Sequence record: MN871447.1
Length of the DNA: 64,000 nt
Strand: one strand, 5' to 3'
Under the pieces are notes generated by a model, which made no database searches, was not told where the DNA came from, and saw only the letters and a program-made list of their open reading frames with translations. The position numbers and the translations under genes were made by a program. Within the stretch, counting starts at the first letter, position 1. Every line of letters starts with the position of its first letter. Positions 1 through 8,822 of the stretch are shown in pieces.

Positions 1-31
1 AAAAAAAAGAAAGGGGCGAACCCCTCTCTTT

Positions 32-397
32 TCAGCTGATCGGAACGATCTCGAGAAACCGCTTACTGACAGTAATACGGCTCCGTTTTCGTTTCGCCAA
101 CGCACGTTCCAGCACCGCCCGCAGTTTGATTGCTTGTAGCCGGGTTAAGTCCCAGACAATCTCTTTGCGCGTGACACATTTCCAGAACCCCCAGTAAGTG
201 CCCGTGGAGATACGGATGATATTGTTCTCAGAAGCGATGAGACGTTCTCTCAGCGTCGGTAAGTCCAATGTCAGTAAATGACCAGGGGTTTTGATAGAGT
301 CGGTTAGCTTGTCATTCAGCGCGTTATAGAGCGCTTTCATTTCACGGGGCTCGATAACCATATCTCGATACCCGTAAACTTGAATCTCAACGGCCAT
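32..397 (-). CDS. Hypothetical protein, tandem paralog of 387..752
   Basis: 121-aa ORF; shares W-x-LTRxQA-xx-L...E-xx-LAKR with its neighbour. Confidence 0.75.
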   Translation of the reverse strand: MAVEIQVYGYRDMVIEPREMKALYNALNDKLTDSIKTPGHLLTLDLPTLRERLIASENNIIRISTGTYWGFWKCVTRKEIVWDLTRLQAIKLRAVLERALAKRKRSRITVSKRFLEIVPIS

Positions 398-752
398 TTT
401 TATTTACCGCCATCAGCTGAATTTGAGAAAAACGCACTTGGTTAAAAGACATCACCAGTCGATCAGATTGACGTTTCGCTAAGAAAGCTTCGCAACGTAA
501 CATCAAACGAAACGCCTGACTGCGAGTTAGCTTCCAGTAGTGACGATTGCCTAACCAGATCTGAAGAAGACCGTCGTCAATATCGATGACACGGACCAGA
601 ATATCTTCGCCCTGATTTTCTTCAAGGTCAGCGGCGATAGTCGCCCGGAGCCTTTTGGCGTAGTGACGACTAAGAACCATCTTAGGGACAATAGTATTTT
701 CTTTTTCTTTCGCTGAGTCCCATTGTTTGGCAACGTTCTGAGTAAAGTTCAT
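387..752 (-). CDS. Hypothetical protein, tandem paralog of 32..397
   Basis: RBS AAGGA plus AACTAAAC box upstream; motif WKLTRSQAFRLMLRCEAFLAKR. Confidence 0.8.
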   Translation of the reverse strand: MNFTQNVAKQWDSAKEKENTIVPKMVLSRHYAKRLRATIAADLEENQGEDILVRVIDIDDGLLQIWLGNRHYWKLTRSQAFRLMLRCEAFLAKRQSDRLVMSFNQVRFSQIQLMAVNKNGR

Positions 753-820
753 TTTGAATTCCTTATTGGTTTAGTTAGCATAGTCCTTCGGTCAAACGAC
801 CGAAGGAAGTGTAAATAGGA

Positions 821-1210
821 TTAAGCGGCTTCAGCCATTTTGATACGAATTTCTGAAGGGAAATCGAAAGCAACTTCTTTCCCTGGGCGCAATGCTTCCT
901 GACGAGAAGCAACTTCGATGCGAACGTTTTTACGAATCTGAATACCAAAGCCCAGATCGGTTTTGTAACATTCGATGTCACGGTATTTATCGTTGGTGTT
1001 TTCAATGGCGTTCAGTAACAGCCATTTGATATCACCTTTACGGTCGAAGGCAATGTCTTGCAGCTGCGCATAAAGCGGGTAGTATTCGGTTTCGAAAAGA
1101 ATCTGTGCCGGAGTATCGACGAATTCAGTTTCGTGGTAAAGCGCTCTCAGTAAACCGGCGATGCGAGCAGCGGTGATAGCGAGGGTTTGTTTATCAGTGA
1201 AAGTGATCAT
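821..1210 (-). CDS. Hypothetical protein
   Basis: 129-aa ORF in a co-directional array, GGAG RBS. Confidence 0.75.
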   Translation of the reverse strand: MITFTDKQTLAITAARIAGLLRALYHETEFVDTPAQILFETEYYPLYAQLQDIAFDRKGDIKWLLLNAIENTNDKYRDIECYKTDLGFGIQIRKNVRIEVASRQEALRPGKEVAFDFPSEIRIKMAEAA

Positions 1211-1251
1211 TTTTGGATACTCCGGTAGAATTGTTGAGGTAAAAGAATGTC

Positions 1252-1572
1252 TTAGGAAATGTTTTTAACTAACCGTTTGAAGACGCCCGCATCGATAGTG
1301 AAGCAAACGATACTCGCGGGTTCGACGTAATGATTGGTCAGCGTGAAGATGTAGTCGTCGTAGGTTTGCAGTATCTTCAATGCCGCCTCGTAGACGCTAT
1401 GGTCTGCTTTACGAACTAATACAACGGTGTTGTACGAATCCCCGGGCAGGAGAAGGCGATCACCCAGCGCGTTGGCGTCATCGTGGGAAAAGATCAGCTC
1501 GATACTGCGGACGTCGTTTGATTCGATATCGTTCTCGAGAAAGACCACGGAGTTCATTTTTGAAAAGCGCAT
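1252..1572 (-). CDS. Hypothetical protein
   Basis: 106-aa ORF in array. Confidence 0.7.
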   Translation of the reverse strand: MRFSKMNSVVFLENDIESNDVRSIELIFSHDDANALGDRLLLPGDSYNTVVLVRKADHSVYEAALKILQTYDDYIFTLTNHYVEPASIVCFTIDAGVFKRLVKNIS

Positions 1573-1581
1573 GTTTAACCT

Positions 1582-2259
1582 CTATTGGTTGAAAACGGAA
1601 ATGAAGCGACTTACAACGCGAGTACGACCTTTACCCGGACCACGTTTAATTGGGCTCGACAGCGTGAGACGATATGCTTTTATTACATCGCCATCAAAAT
1701 CTACAAAGCCAGGGGCGCTAGGTCCTTTATTTGCATAAAGACCAATGACCGGACTACCAGAAATACCATAACCATTACTTGGCTCCGTAGAAAACATAGA
1801 GTGGTTGGTGGTTTGCTCCGAAAGTCGGAGTAATGCTGCGACATCTTTATCGTTGATTGTGTCAGCGTCTTCAAAAACAACGACTTTAGAATTATCGGGT
1901 GTGCCGTAGATATCTACCTGAGGAGTATCTTCGAGACGAACTACCTCAAACGGTTCTTCTGAAAGCGTAATAATTTCTTTCAATCCATCAATGATCGAAG
2001 ACGCCGCAATAAGGGTTAACTCTTCCCCAGATGGTGTTGAATCACGAATAGAACCTCGCGTTGTTGATACAGAAATTAGCATCCTTCTCACTGCGCTATT
2101 CATTATAAACACTTCGGTTAACGGTAGGTTGTAGAACACCTCTGCGCGCTGAATCAACTGGTAAGCAATTTCAATCCGGGAAATTTTCGTGTCCTTTACA
2201 GTGTCAAACCATGCCAGAATATCTTTAGCCGTTTCTACGGTTGTTTTTAAGTCAGTCAT
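1582..2259 (-). CDS. Hypothetical early protein
   Basis: 225-aa ORF, GAGG RBS, first gene after the promoter motif at 2318-2338. Confidence 0.8.
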   Translation of the reverse strand: MTDLKTTVETAKDILAWFDTVKDTKISRIEIAYQLIQRAEVFYNLPLTEVFIMNSAVRRMLISVSTTRGSIRDSTPSGEELTLIAASSIIDGLKEIITLSEEPFEVVRLEDTPQVDIYGTPDNSKVVVFEDADTINDKDVAALLRLSEQTTNHSMFSTEPSNGYGISGSPVIGLYANKGPSAPGFVDFDGDVIKAYRLTLSSPIKRGPGKGRTRVVSRFISVFNQ

Positions 2260-2317
2260 TTTCTTTTCCTCTAAGCTTAGTTATTCAGAAAGGTCTTTCC
2301 TTTCCTTCTTCACCTTG

Positions 2318-2338
2318 GCTATATATACATCAAAAAAA
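2318..2338 (-). promoter_or_regulatory. Putative early (virion RNAP) promoter
   Basis: Minus strand TTTTTTTGATGTATATATAGC; resembles the phiKZ early motif TATATTAC and recurs at other operon heads. Confidence 0.65.
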
Positions 2339-2399
2339 CTGCATTTCATTCTCTTAGAAAGTTTTTATGTTACCCATTCTAATTTTGAAGGACACTATT

Positions 2400-3653
2400 G
2401 TGGAAATCAAAAACCTTTTTGACGATCGTTTTAAGAACGTCGTTTACGATAGTCGCTTTGCCAGGGATGTCGCTGTTTTCACGAAGACCTTCGAAAACAA
2501 AGGCGAACATGCAAACTTCTTTGGTAGCGGTCTACTCGGTACCGTTAGGATTCGTTGGACAAACACTGAAACCAACGGGTTCTTTGATGACATTTTAAAA
2601 ATCGACCCCGATGACCTGAAAGCTGACATCGACGAACTGGATTGCATCGATCCAAGTCATATCGTGACTACGGACGCCTTTAACTTGATGATCGTCTACT
2701 GCGTCCATCGTGCGATGACCAGTGGTAAACTCTCAGCGGTACAACGAAAAGAAACCGCGATTAACCTGTTAAGAATTCTCCACTTTAAATTCATCTGCGG
2801 GATCATCACCCGTTACTTCCCGCATGGAACAGACGTACAGATCGCACTGCGAACGTATGAGGCCATGACTAACCGCTTCGACCTCAAGATCTACAAGACT
2901 TGGGGTAAACTCATTACGGCACGCGCCCAGTCAATTATTGAGCCTCACGGCATCCACGCGAAAACGATCCAGACCTTCACAGACGACGACGCTGTCAAGT
3001 ACATGCTCTCGGATATCCAGACCCGTATTCGAACCGTGATCAAAACGTTAACGGCGCTCTATTACCAGGTCAGAGAAAACGATGGTCGAGTTATCTCGGT
3101 CTCCAGTATGGTTGAGGTCGAGGGTAACCTCGAGCTGCGAGACGTTAAACGTGCCTTCCCGAAATACCGGCGTTACCTCTTTGAACAAATGACTGACCCG
3201 GCTAGTTTTATACGTTTGGAGTTAGTGGATATTCTGACAAAGAATGCCCCTTCGCAGAAAAAAGCGTTAATTGCCACGTTGCAATATACCAGCTTGCATG
3301 TCATTAACCCGGAAACGTTATTTAACACCAACCGTGGGAAAGAAGTTAAGCAGAGTAAAGAAACGCGTCAATTGGTTGAGTTTACGGAAAGAACGCTCGA
3401 ATATACTTTCGACTTTATTCACGGTAAGGGAATCAACCCACGCAACCTCGTCGAGTTAATCGGCAGCATCAAAGCGGTATTGAACGCCTCCCGTAACAAA
3501 GAACCGGAGGTCATGTACCTCAGAACCGAAGGCGATAAGATTGTGCGTGCAGCCACCGGTAAACGCGAACCTACGCCAGTCTCTGCGGAACGAACATCGT
3601 TTATCCTGTATTTGATCCTGCGTACCCTGACAATGAACTACTACCAAAATTAA
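2400..3653 (+). CDS. Jumbo-phage hypothetical protein on the late strand
   Basis: Track ORF 2367..3653; GAAGGA RBS points to an in-frame GTG at 2400; TATG at 2366-2369 upstream. Confidence 0.75.
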   Translation: MEIKNLFDDRFKNVVYDSRFARDVAVFTKTFENKGEHANFFGSGLLGTVRIRWTNTETNGFFDDILKIDPDDLKADIDELDCIDPSHIVTTDAFNLMIVYCVHRAMTSGKLSAVQRKETAINLLRILHFKFICGIITRYFPHGTDVQIALRTYEAMTNRFDLKIYKTWGKLITARAQSIIEPHGIHAKTIQTFTDDDAVKYMLSDIQTRIRTVIKTLTALYYQVRENDGRVISVSSMVEVEGNLELRDVKRAFPKYRRYLFEQMTDPASFIRLELVDILTKNAPSQKKALIATLQYTSLHVINPETLFNTNRGKEVKQSKETRQLVEFTERTLEYTFDFIHGKGINPRNLVELIGSIKAVLNASRNKEPEVMYLRTEGDKIVRAATGKREPTPVSAERTSFILYLILRTLTMNYYQN

Positions 3654-3660
3654 ACCAAAA

Positions 3661-3687
3661 AAAAGAGAGGGGTAACCCTCTCTTTTT
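3661..3687. terminator. Bidirectional intrinsic terminator
   Basis: AAAGAGAGGG-GTAA-CCCTCTCTTT with A and T tracts, between convergent genes. Confidence 0.85.
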
Positions 3688-3696
3688 ATATTTTCG

Positions 3697-4743
3697 TTAT
3701 AACCCGATTTGTTTCGCCAGTCGGCAATAACCACGATAGAACGCGTCGATCAGAAGATTCTCGAGAAGCGGAATGGAGGCGATACTCTGTCCAAAGACGT
3801 TGTAGTTCCAGGTGACGTGTTTGCGTACCGCACAGGTGTTCTCGGGTCGTGGGCCTTTCACCATATAGGCAATATCACCTACGCTGGAAGTTAATACCCA
3901 ACGCCCCTGATCTTCCCGGTATTCGACGTCCGTGATAAAGCGATCGGTTTTAAACTCTTCTTCGCTCAACGGTGAACCGATGATATCTTCCACTGCTTTT
4001 CGCATGTAAGAATCAATCAGCGGGATTTTCTCGACGTTTCCGTCGATATGGTAACCAAACCCCTTACCGAGTATTGACCCTACGTAGAAGCCTTCACAGG
4101 TGTCTTTATCGTTGGATCGATTAATGAGCTTTAGAACAAGGTCAGTTGTGCTGTCAAAGAACAGGGCAACGTTCGGGAGAAACTGGTATTCACCGCGGCG
4201 TTGACAAACCACTTTGTGCGCCCAGCTTAATTCGAAGTGTTCCCGCATGTACAGGATAAAATCTTCGCCCAGTTGTTTCTGCCAGGTACGGCCGTAAAAG
4301 TCACCGGTCCACGTACTCTTGTCGTCGGCCATGGTTCCGACTGCGATCGGGCGACCATTCATCAACAACGTCCGCTGCATGACATGAATTTTAAAACGAC
4401 AGTTGAGCATAAACCGTGCTCGCGCTTTCTGACCAATAAACCCTTGGAAAGCGTGTTGGATCGCCAGGAAACTAAACGGGCTTTTCGTTTCCTGAGTGAA
4501 ATGATACCGCGTAGTATCGCCGCCTTCGGTAACGAAGACAAGGTGTTTCATTTCTAAGGTAGGGTTAGTGCTAAACCGTAAAACAATATTGTCGTCCTTG
4601 TCCGTAAAGATAAATCCGTTTTCGTTACGATAACCAAAAAGACGATCCTTTTTACTGATCTCCAAAACTCCTTCGTAGTGAAAATCAGTCCCTGTTTTCT
4701 TATCGTAAACGGTACTGTAAACAAACGTTTCTATCGTTGCCAT
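3697..4743 (-). CDS. Hypothetical protein
   Basis: 348-aa ORF, AAGGAG RBS. Confidence 0.85.
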   Translation of the reverse strand: MATIETFVYSTVYDKKTGTDFHYEGVLEISKKDRLFGYRNENGFIFTDKDDNIVLRFSTNPTLEMKHLVFVTEGGDTTRYHFTQETKSPFSFLAIQHAFQGFIGQKARARFMLNCRFKIHVMQRTLLMNGRPIAVGTMADDKSTWTGDFYGRTWQKQLGEDFILYMREHFELSWAHKVVCQRRGEYQFLPNVALFFDSTTDLVLKLINRSNDKDTCEGFYVGSILGKGFGYHIDGNVEKIPLIDSYMRKAVEDIIGSPLSEEEFKTDRFITDVEYREDQGRWVLTSSVGDIAYMVKGPRPENTCAVRKHVTWNYNVFGQSIASIPLLENLLIDAFYRGYCRLAKQIGL

Positions 4744-4772
4744 GTCGTTCTCCTTTTAGTGTGGATAATAAA

Positions 4773-4802
4773 AAGAATGTCAGCAATAACGCCGACATTC
4801 TG
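4773..4802 (-). terminator. Terminator-like hairpin
   Basis: AGAATGTCGGC-GTTATT-GCTGACATTCT followed by TTTT on the minus strand. Confidence 0.65.
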
Positions 4803-4845
4803 TTGCGTATTTCAATAGAGTGATATATTCGTCTATTGTTTTCGA

Positions 4846-7020
4846 TTACCTATAGAAATTCGTCCCCATGTATTTTTGGAAGTCAGCGTGACGATTAGCG
4901 TTCATCTCCTCGATCTTACCTGCGACGTTAATCGGTTCCGCACCCGCCTCTTGTAAACACTCGTTAAGGTAATTGAGACGTCGTTCAAGCTTCATACTGA
5001 TAATTGGATTATCGGCATTTTCGATGGCTGACAATGTCTTTTCAATTTCACGGTGGAGGAAATCAATCTCTTCCTGCTGCTCGTCAATTTCCTGCGCATT
5101 CCCTGCCAACGCATCTACTGCCCCCGTCAATACCCTTCTGGAATCTAACCCGTAATAGTCTAAGTTCGACCCGTACAATAACAGATAGACGGTCAGAAGG
5201 TAGGCGATAACGGTATCGTCATGTCCACCCGGTGGATGGTCAATTCTTCCGTTCTTCTCGACCAACCCGGTCAATTCCGCAATGAGAATTTTATCATGAA
5301 GTCGTGTAGCCCCTTTCTGCATGGCGATCTTCAAAACGGTTTCGTAAAGCTGACGTCGGGTGGTGGTTCCCGTGCAGAAACCAAACTTCGTTTTACGACG
5401 AATATAGAATGCGTCATCACGACGGTTCATGTCACCCTGCAGCTCAAGGAACGCCGCGGTGTCCACTGACTTATTATCGACAATTAAGTTAAAGATTCGT
5501 TTGAACGGATCAATTCCCTTGCTGTGCAATATCAGACAGAGGTAATCAATAAACGTTTGTCCGGTGGATTTACGTTCTGGGATGAAGACAGCCTTAGGAT
5601 AAGAAATTAACAGATCACCTAAGAACTCAGCGTATTTAGGAATCAGTGCTTCGTTGATTACTGAAATCCCGATAACGTCCGCAGTATAAGGATCAAGGAA
5701 CACCAACGACAGCGCATCTCGTCCACCGCCTTCTGAGGTATCGGCCCCAATGACAAAGGTCATCGTCTTACGATTTGCATCCAGATATTCTTTGGAGACA
5801 TACCAGTGGACAATGTAACCGTTCCTGAAGATTTCGGAATAATCGGAATAACGCTGTGAGGCAATGGCTTTCGCTAACAGCTCTTTATCAATCGGGTTGT
5901 TCGTCCCTGCTGCGGTCCAGATGTTAAAGAAGTCACGGTCTGCTTCTGGGCCACGTGCCATAGCACGACGCATGTTCTCGTAATGCTGTTCGTCAGAGAC
6001 CCCAACCTGGTTGTGACTCCACGTTCCGTTGATTAAGAGTTTCGCATCAGAGGATTTCAGATTGCGCTGAACGATCTCACGAAGTTCTTCTTGACTCCCT
6101 GCGTCGTAAAAGTGCTCAGACCACCGAGCAGCTTCGTTCCACATTTTGAAAACAAAGCGACCATCACGAGACGTTTGGTCACCCGCGGTAGTGGTCATGA
6201 TACTGCCCCAGGGCATGTTTCTCGCTTTCGCTTTTTGAATCGCGGCGTTCATACCGGGCATTGCTGCTTTAAACGCAATTTCGATATAGTTGATGAAGGG
6301 GGTTTCATCCCAGCCTACCGTAGGCGAGGTGTTACCACGGCCGACCTTATTCGCACCACCTGGGTCAGAACGGGATACTGCTACCGCAAACAAGTTACCA
6401 CGGGTGTTATAGGTCACCTTCTCGTTAGCAATCGTGTCTGAACGGTCTGTTACTGTCAGATAAGGCGGCAAGTATTCACGGATACGACGTATCATCGTGG
6501 TTGTTTCAGAACGTAATTCGTCTGATTTGGTCACGAGTGAGATACGGGCCTTTGTATATCGCATATACAGCAGCCAGGAGTAAAGACAATAAGAGATAAG
6601 TGACTTACCAGTCTGACGGGGTTGTATCAACAGGTAATCGATATGGTTCATGTACGACCAGATCAAAGACATGTTCGCGCGGTTTGCCCTTAAAAGATCA
6701 CCTTCTTCACCGACAACCGGCGGAACGCGAAGACACTCTCTGAGATAATACCAGATGTTATATTCCGCTTCGATCTTAATTGCGATCATCTGTTCTTCAG
6801 TCAGATCGGGACTGAAAGGATCGACACCGACAAGGTCCGGGTTTAAAAGTGCAATCGGCCAGTGGTGGTTTTTAATTCCCATGTTTTGTAAGACACCGAC
6901 AAAACGTAGGAATTCTTTGTTTGGTGTATCCCAATCCGGGATAGCAGAGGGATGATAATCCCAATCGCTAAGGTGGAGAATAGGACGCGAGTCATTCTCT
7001 AGAATAATGGAGGAGGTCAT
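4846..7020 (-). CDS. terL: Terminase large subunit (phiKZ-type)
   Basis: Walker A QPRQTGKS, Walker B VGWDE, nuclease motifs IGADTSEG and GHDD; likely start is ATG 7020 after GAGGG (track start 7038). Confidence 0.93.
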   Translation of the reverse strand: MTSSIILENDSRPILHLSDWDYHPSAIPDWDTPNKEFLRFVGVLQNMGIKNHHWPIALLNPDLVGVDPFSPDLTEEQMIAIKIEAEYNIWYYLRECLRVPPVVGEEGDLLRANRANMSLIWSYMNHIDYLLIQPRQTGKSLISYCLYSWLLYMRYTKARISLVTKSDELRSETTTMIRRIREYLPPYLTVTDRSDTIANEKVTYNTRGNLFAVAVSRSDPGGANKVGRGNTSPTVGWDETPFINYIEIAFKAAMPGMNAAIQKAKARNMPWGSIMTTTAGDQTSRDGRFVFKMWNEAARWSEHFYDAGSQEELREIVQRNLKSSDAKLLINGTWSHNQVGVSDEQHYENMRRAMARGPEADRDFFNIWTAAGTNNPIDKELLAKAIASQRYSDYSEIFRNGYIVHWYVSKEYLDANRKTMTFVIGADTSEGGGRDALSLVFLDPYTADVIGISVINEALIPKYAEFLGDLLISYPKAVFIPERKSTGQTFIDYLCLILHSKGIDPFKRIFNLIVDNKSVDTAAFLELQGDMNRRDDAFYIRRKTKFGFCTGTTTRRQLYETVLKIAMQKGATRLHDKILIAELTGLVEKNGRIDHPPGGHDDTVIAYLLTVYLLLYGSNLDYYGLDSRRVLTGAVDALAGNAQEIDEQQEEIDFLHREIEKTLSAIENADNPIISMKLERRLNYLNECLQEAGAEPINVAGKIEEMNANRHADFQKYMGTNFYR

Positions 7021-7067
7021 AGAGTTTCCCTCTGACAACGAAAAGACAATATCATAGGGAATATAGC

Positions 7068-7097
7068 GGTACAGGAGGCCATTAAGCCTCCTGTACC
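7068..7097. terminator. Intrinsic terminator
   Basis: GGTACAGGAGGC-CATTAA-GCCTCCTGTACC. Confidence 0.8.
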
Positions 7098-7111
7098 AAG
7101 GGTTTGTACTT

Positions 7112-8821
7112 TTAACTCAGTGTTTGACGTATGATCAAACCGGAAGACGCAAGTTGTAAATCCACCCCGTTCACTGAACGTACCCAATGAACAAGCGCCA
7201 ATTCACCTACGTGCCCACCGGTTGCAATGGTAAACGTCGTGTTCCAGGCAGAGATCGGTTGTCTGACTCGAATGTTATCCACCTGAAGAATGAAGTGCGT
7301 CGGCATCGGCGCTTCCGTTTCTGTCTCAGTGTCAAACAACGGGTGAAGACGGTAGTATAACCGATCCAACCATTCGTTCTGTGTCTGGGCTCCCATGGTA
7401 AGGTCAGTCGACCAAACCTGAGACGAAATGTATTTCAGACGACATTCTAACGATCCGCCGTAGTCTTCGTCACCCAGTTCGTAGTTGACGTACCACGGAC
7501 TATCAACGCCCGATTCACCGTTGGCCATCAGGGTGATGTCGTTGCTCTGTACATGTCGATAGGAGCCAAACGAAGCAGAGACTTTGGAAATATCAAGCGC
7601 AAAGATCATGTGCTGTTTGGTGTTGTAAAGCGTAGGGTCCCAAACCGCCGAACCCGGCGACGCTTCGATGATATCGGTCACTTCGTACATCGCCAAACGA
7701 TCGAGAGAATACATAAAGTGACGGAGCTTAAACCCGTTACCGTTCCGCTGCCATTCCGGGAACATGAAGAGTTTAACCGCATAGGCATTCGGTAAAGTTA
7801 CAGTTTCGATCGTATAGGGAACCGTGATCGTTCCAGAAGCTGTCGTTGTCCCTTTAAAGCTCTCTGTCGTGTCGAGCTGATAGAAAAGCGTCAGTGGGCT
7901 GTTTTGACCCGATTGCGTCGGGATAAACTCCGCTAAACCAGACAGGTAGATCTTACTGCCGTCCACCGGTTTAATGACCGAGCTGCCATCAGTATACGTT
8001 ACCTTCGCGCTGACATCGATGGAGGTCATCAGAAGATTGACCGGAACATTCAGGCGGTTAGGGTCGGTTGCCGACAGGTAACTGCTGACCAAGGCGACCG
8101 AGTCAATAGAACGTTTCGCTGAATTCGATTGACGAATAATACCAGAGTCAACAACGGTCATTGTGAAACGGGACGTCGGTAACCCCGCAGCGTCGTAGAA
8201 CACCACCAGGACTGTCTCACCGTTGGTGATTTTACGCGTAGCGTTGGCAGTCACGGGAATACGGTAATTACCGGTTCCATCCCCTTCGATTGTCATCAGA
8301 GGGATTTTATCGCTTTCGAGTTCACCGGACTGATTGTAATACGCTGAAAGCACTTCGAGGTTACCAGTACTGGACATGTTAGAGAAAACTCGCACGTAAG
8401 TCGCAGTAGGTTGATAGGCTCTCATTAAACTGTCGAACGCCATCTCCGGTGGTGAAACGGTATTGTCGACATAAACGAAATAGCCAGGTTGTGGGTAACG
8501 GCTACCGACTCCCAGCAGAATATCGATGGAGTTATCAATCGTAGTAGGAACGTTGTACGCAATCCACTTAGAAAGTAACGTTGAGGTATCGACTTCGGTA
8601 ACGATATAGAGACCTGAAGTTTTGTCGAAGATACGGTTACCAACATTCGGCACAAACCGGCCTTTGTTACCGCTACCAATCCCTGCTGGTCCGACATAGA
8701 TCTCGGACATGTCCCATTCTTTCCATAATCCATTCGGGTTCCAAATGGGGACGTCAGACGGCGTACTGTCCGTTAACGCTAATGCGTAACGCACCCCACT
8801 ACTCGTGGTCGATGTGGTCAT
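7112..8821 (-). CDS. Virion structural protein, probable baseplate component
   Basis: 569 aa, beta-rich; sits between terminase and sheath as in phiKZ-like phages. Confidence 0.7.
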   Translation of the reverse strand: MTTSTTSSGVRYALALTDSTPSDVPIWNPNGLWKEWDMSEIYVGPAGIGSGNKGRFVPNVGNRIFDKTSGLYIVTEVDTSTLLSKWIAYNVPTTIDNSIDILLGVGSRYPQPGYFVYVDNTVSPPEMAFDSLMRAYQPTATYVRVFSNMSSTGNLEVLSAYYNQSGELESDKIPLMTIEGDGTGNYRIPVTANATRKITNGETVLVVFYDAAGLPTSRFTMTVVDSGIIRQSNSAKRSIDSVALVSSYLSATDPNRLNVPVNLLMTSIDVSAKVTYTDGSSVIKPVDGSKIYLSGLAEFIPTQSGQNSPLTLFYQLDTTESFKGTTTASGTITVPYTIETVTLPNAYAVKLFMFPEWQRNGNGFKLRHFMYSLDRLAMYEVTDIIEASPGSAVWDPTLYNTKQHMIFALDISKVSASFGSYRHVQSNDITLMANGESGVDSPWYVNYELGDEDYGGSLECRLKYISSQVWSTDLTMGAQTQNEWLDRLYYRLHPLFDTETETEAPMPTHFILQVDNIRVRQPISAWNTTFTIATGGHVGELALVHWVRSVNGVDLQLASSGLIIRQTLS

Positions 8822-8822
8822 T

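Noticed and set aside
2367-2399. Track start codons at 2367 and 23901
   Set aside because: Both lack an RBS and coincide with the TATG motif; downstream starts at 2400 and 23931 have RBS-like sequences.
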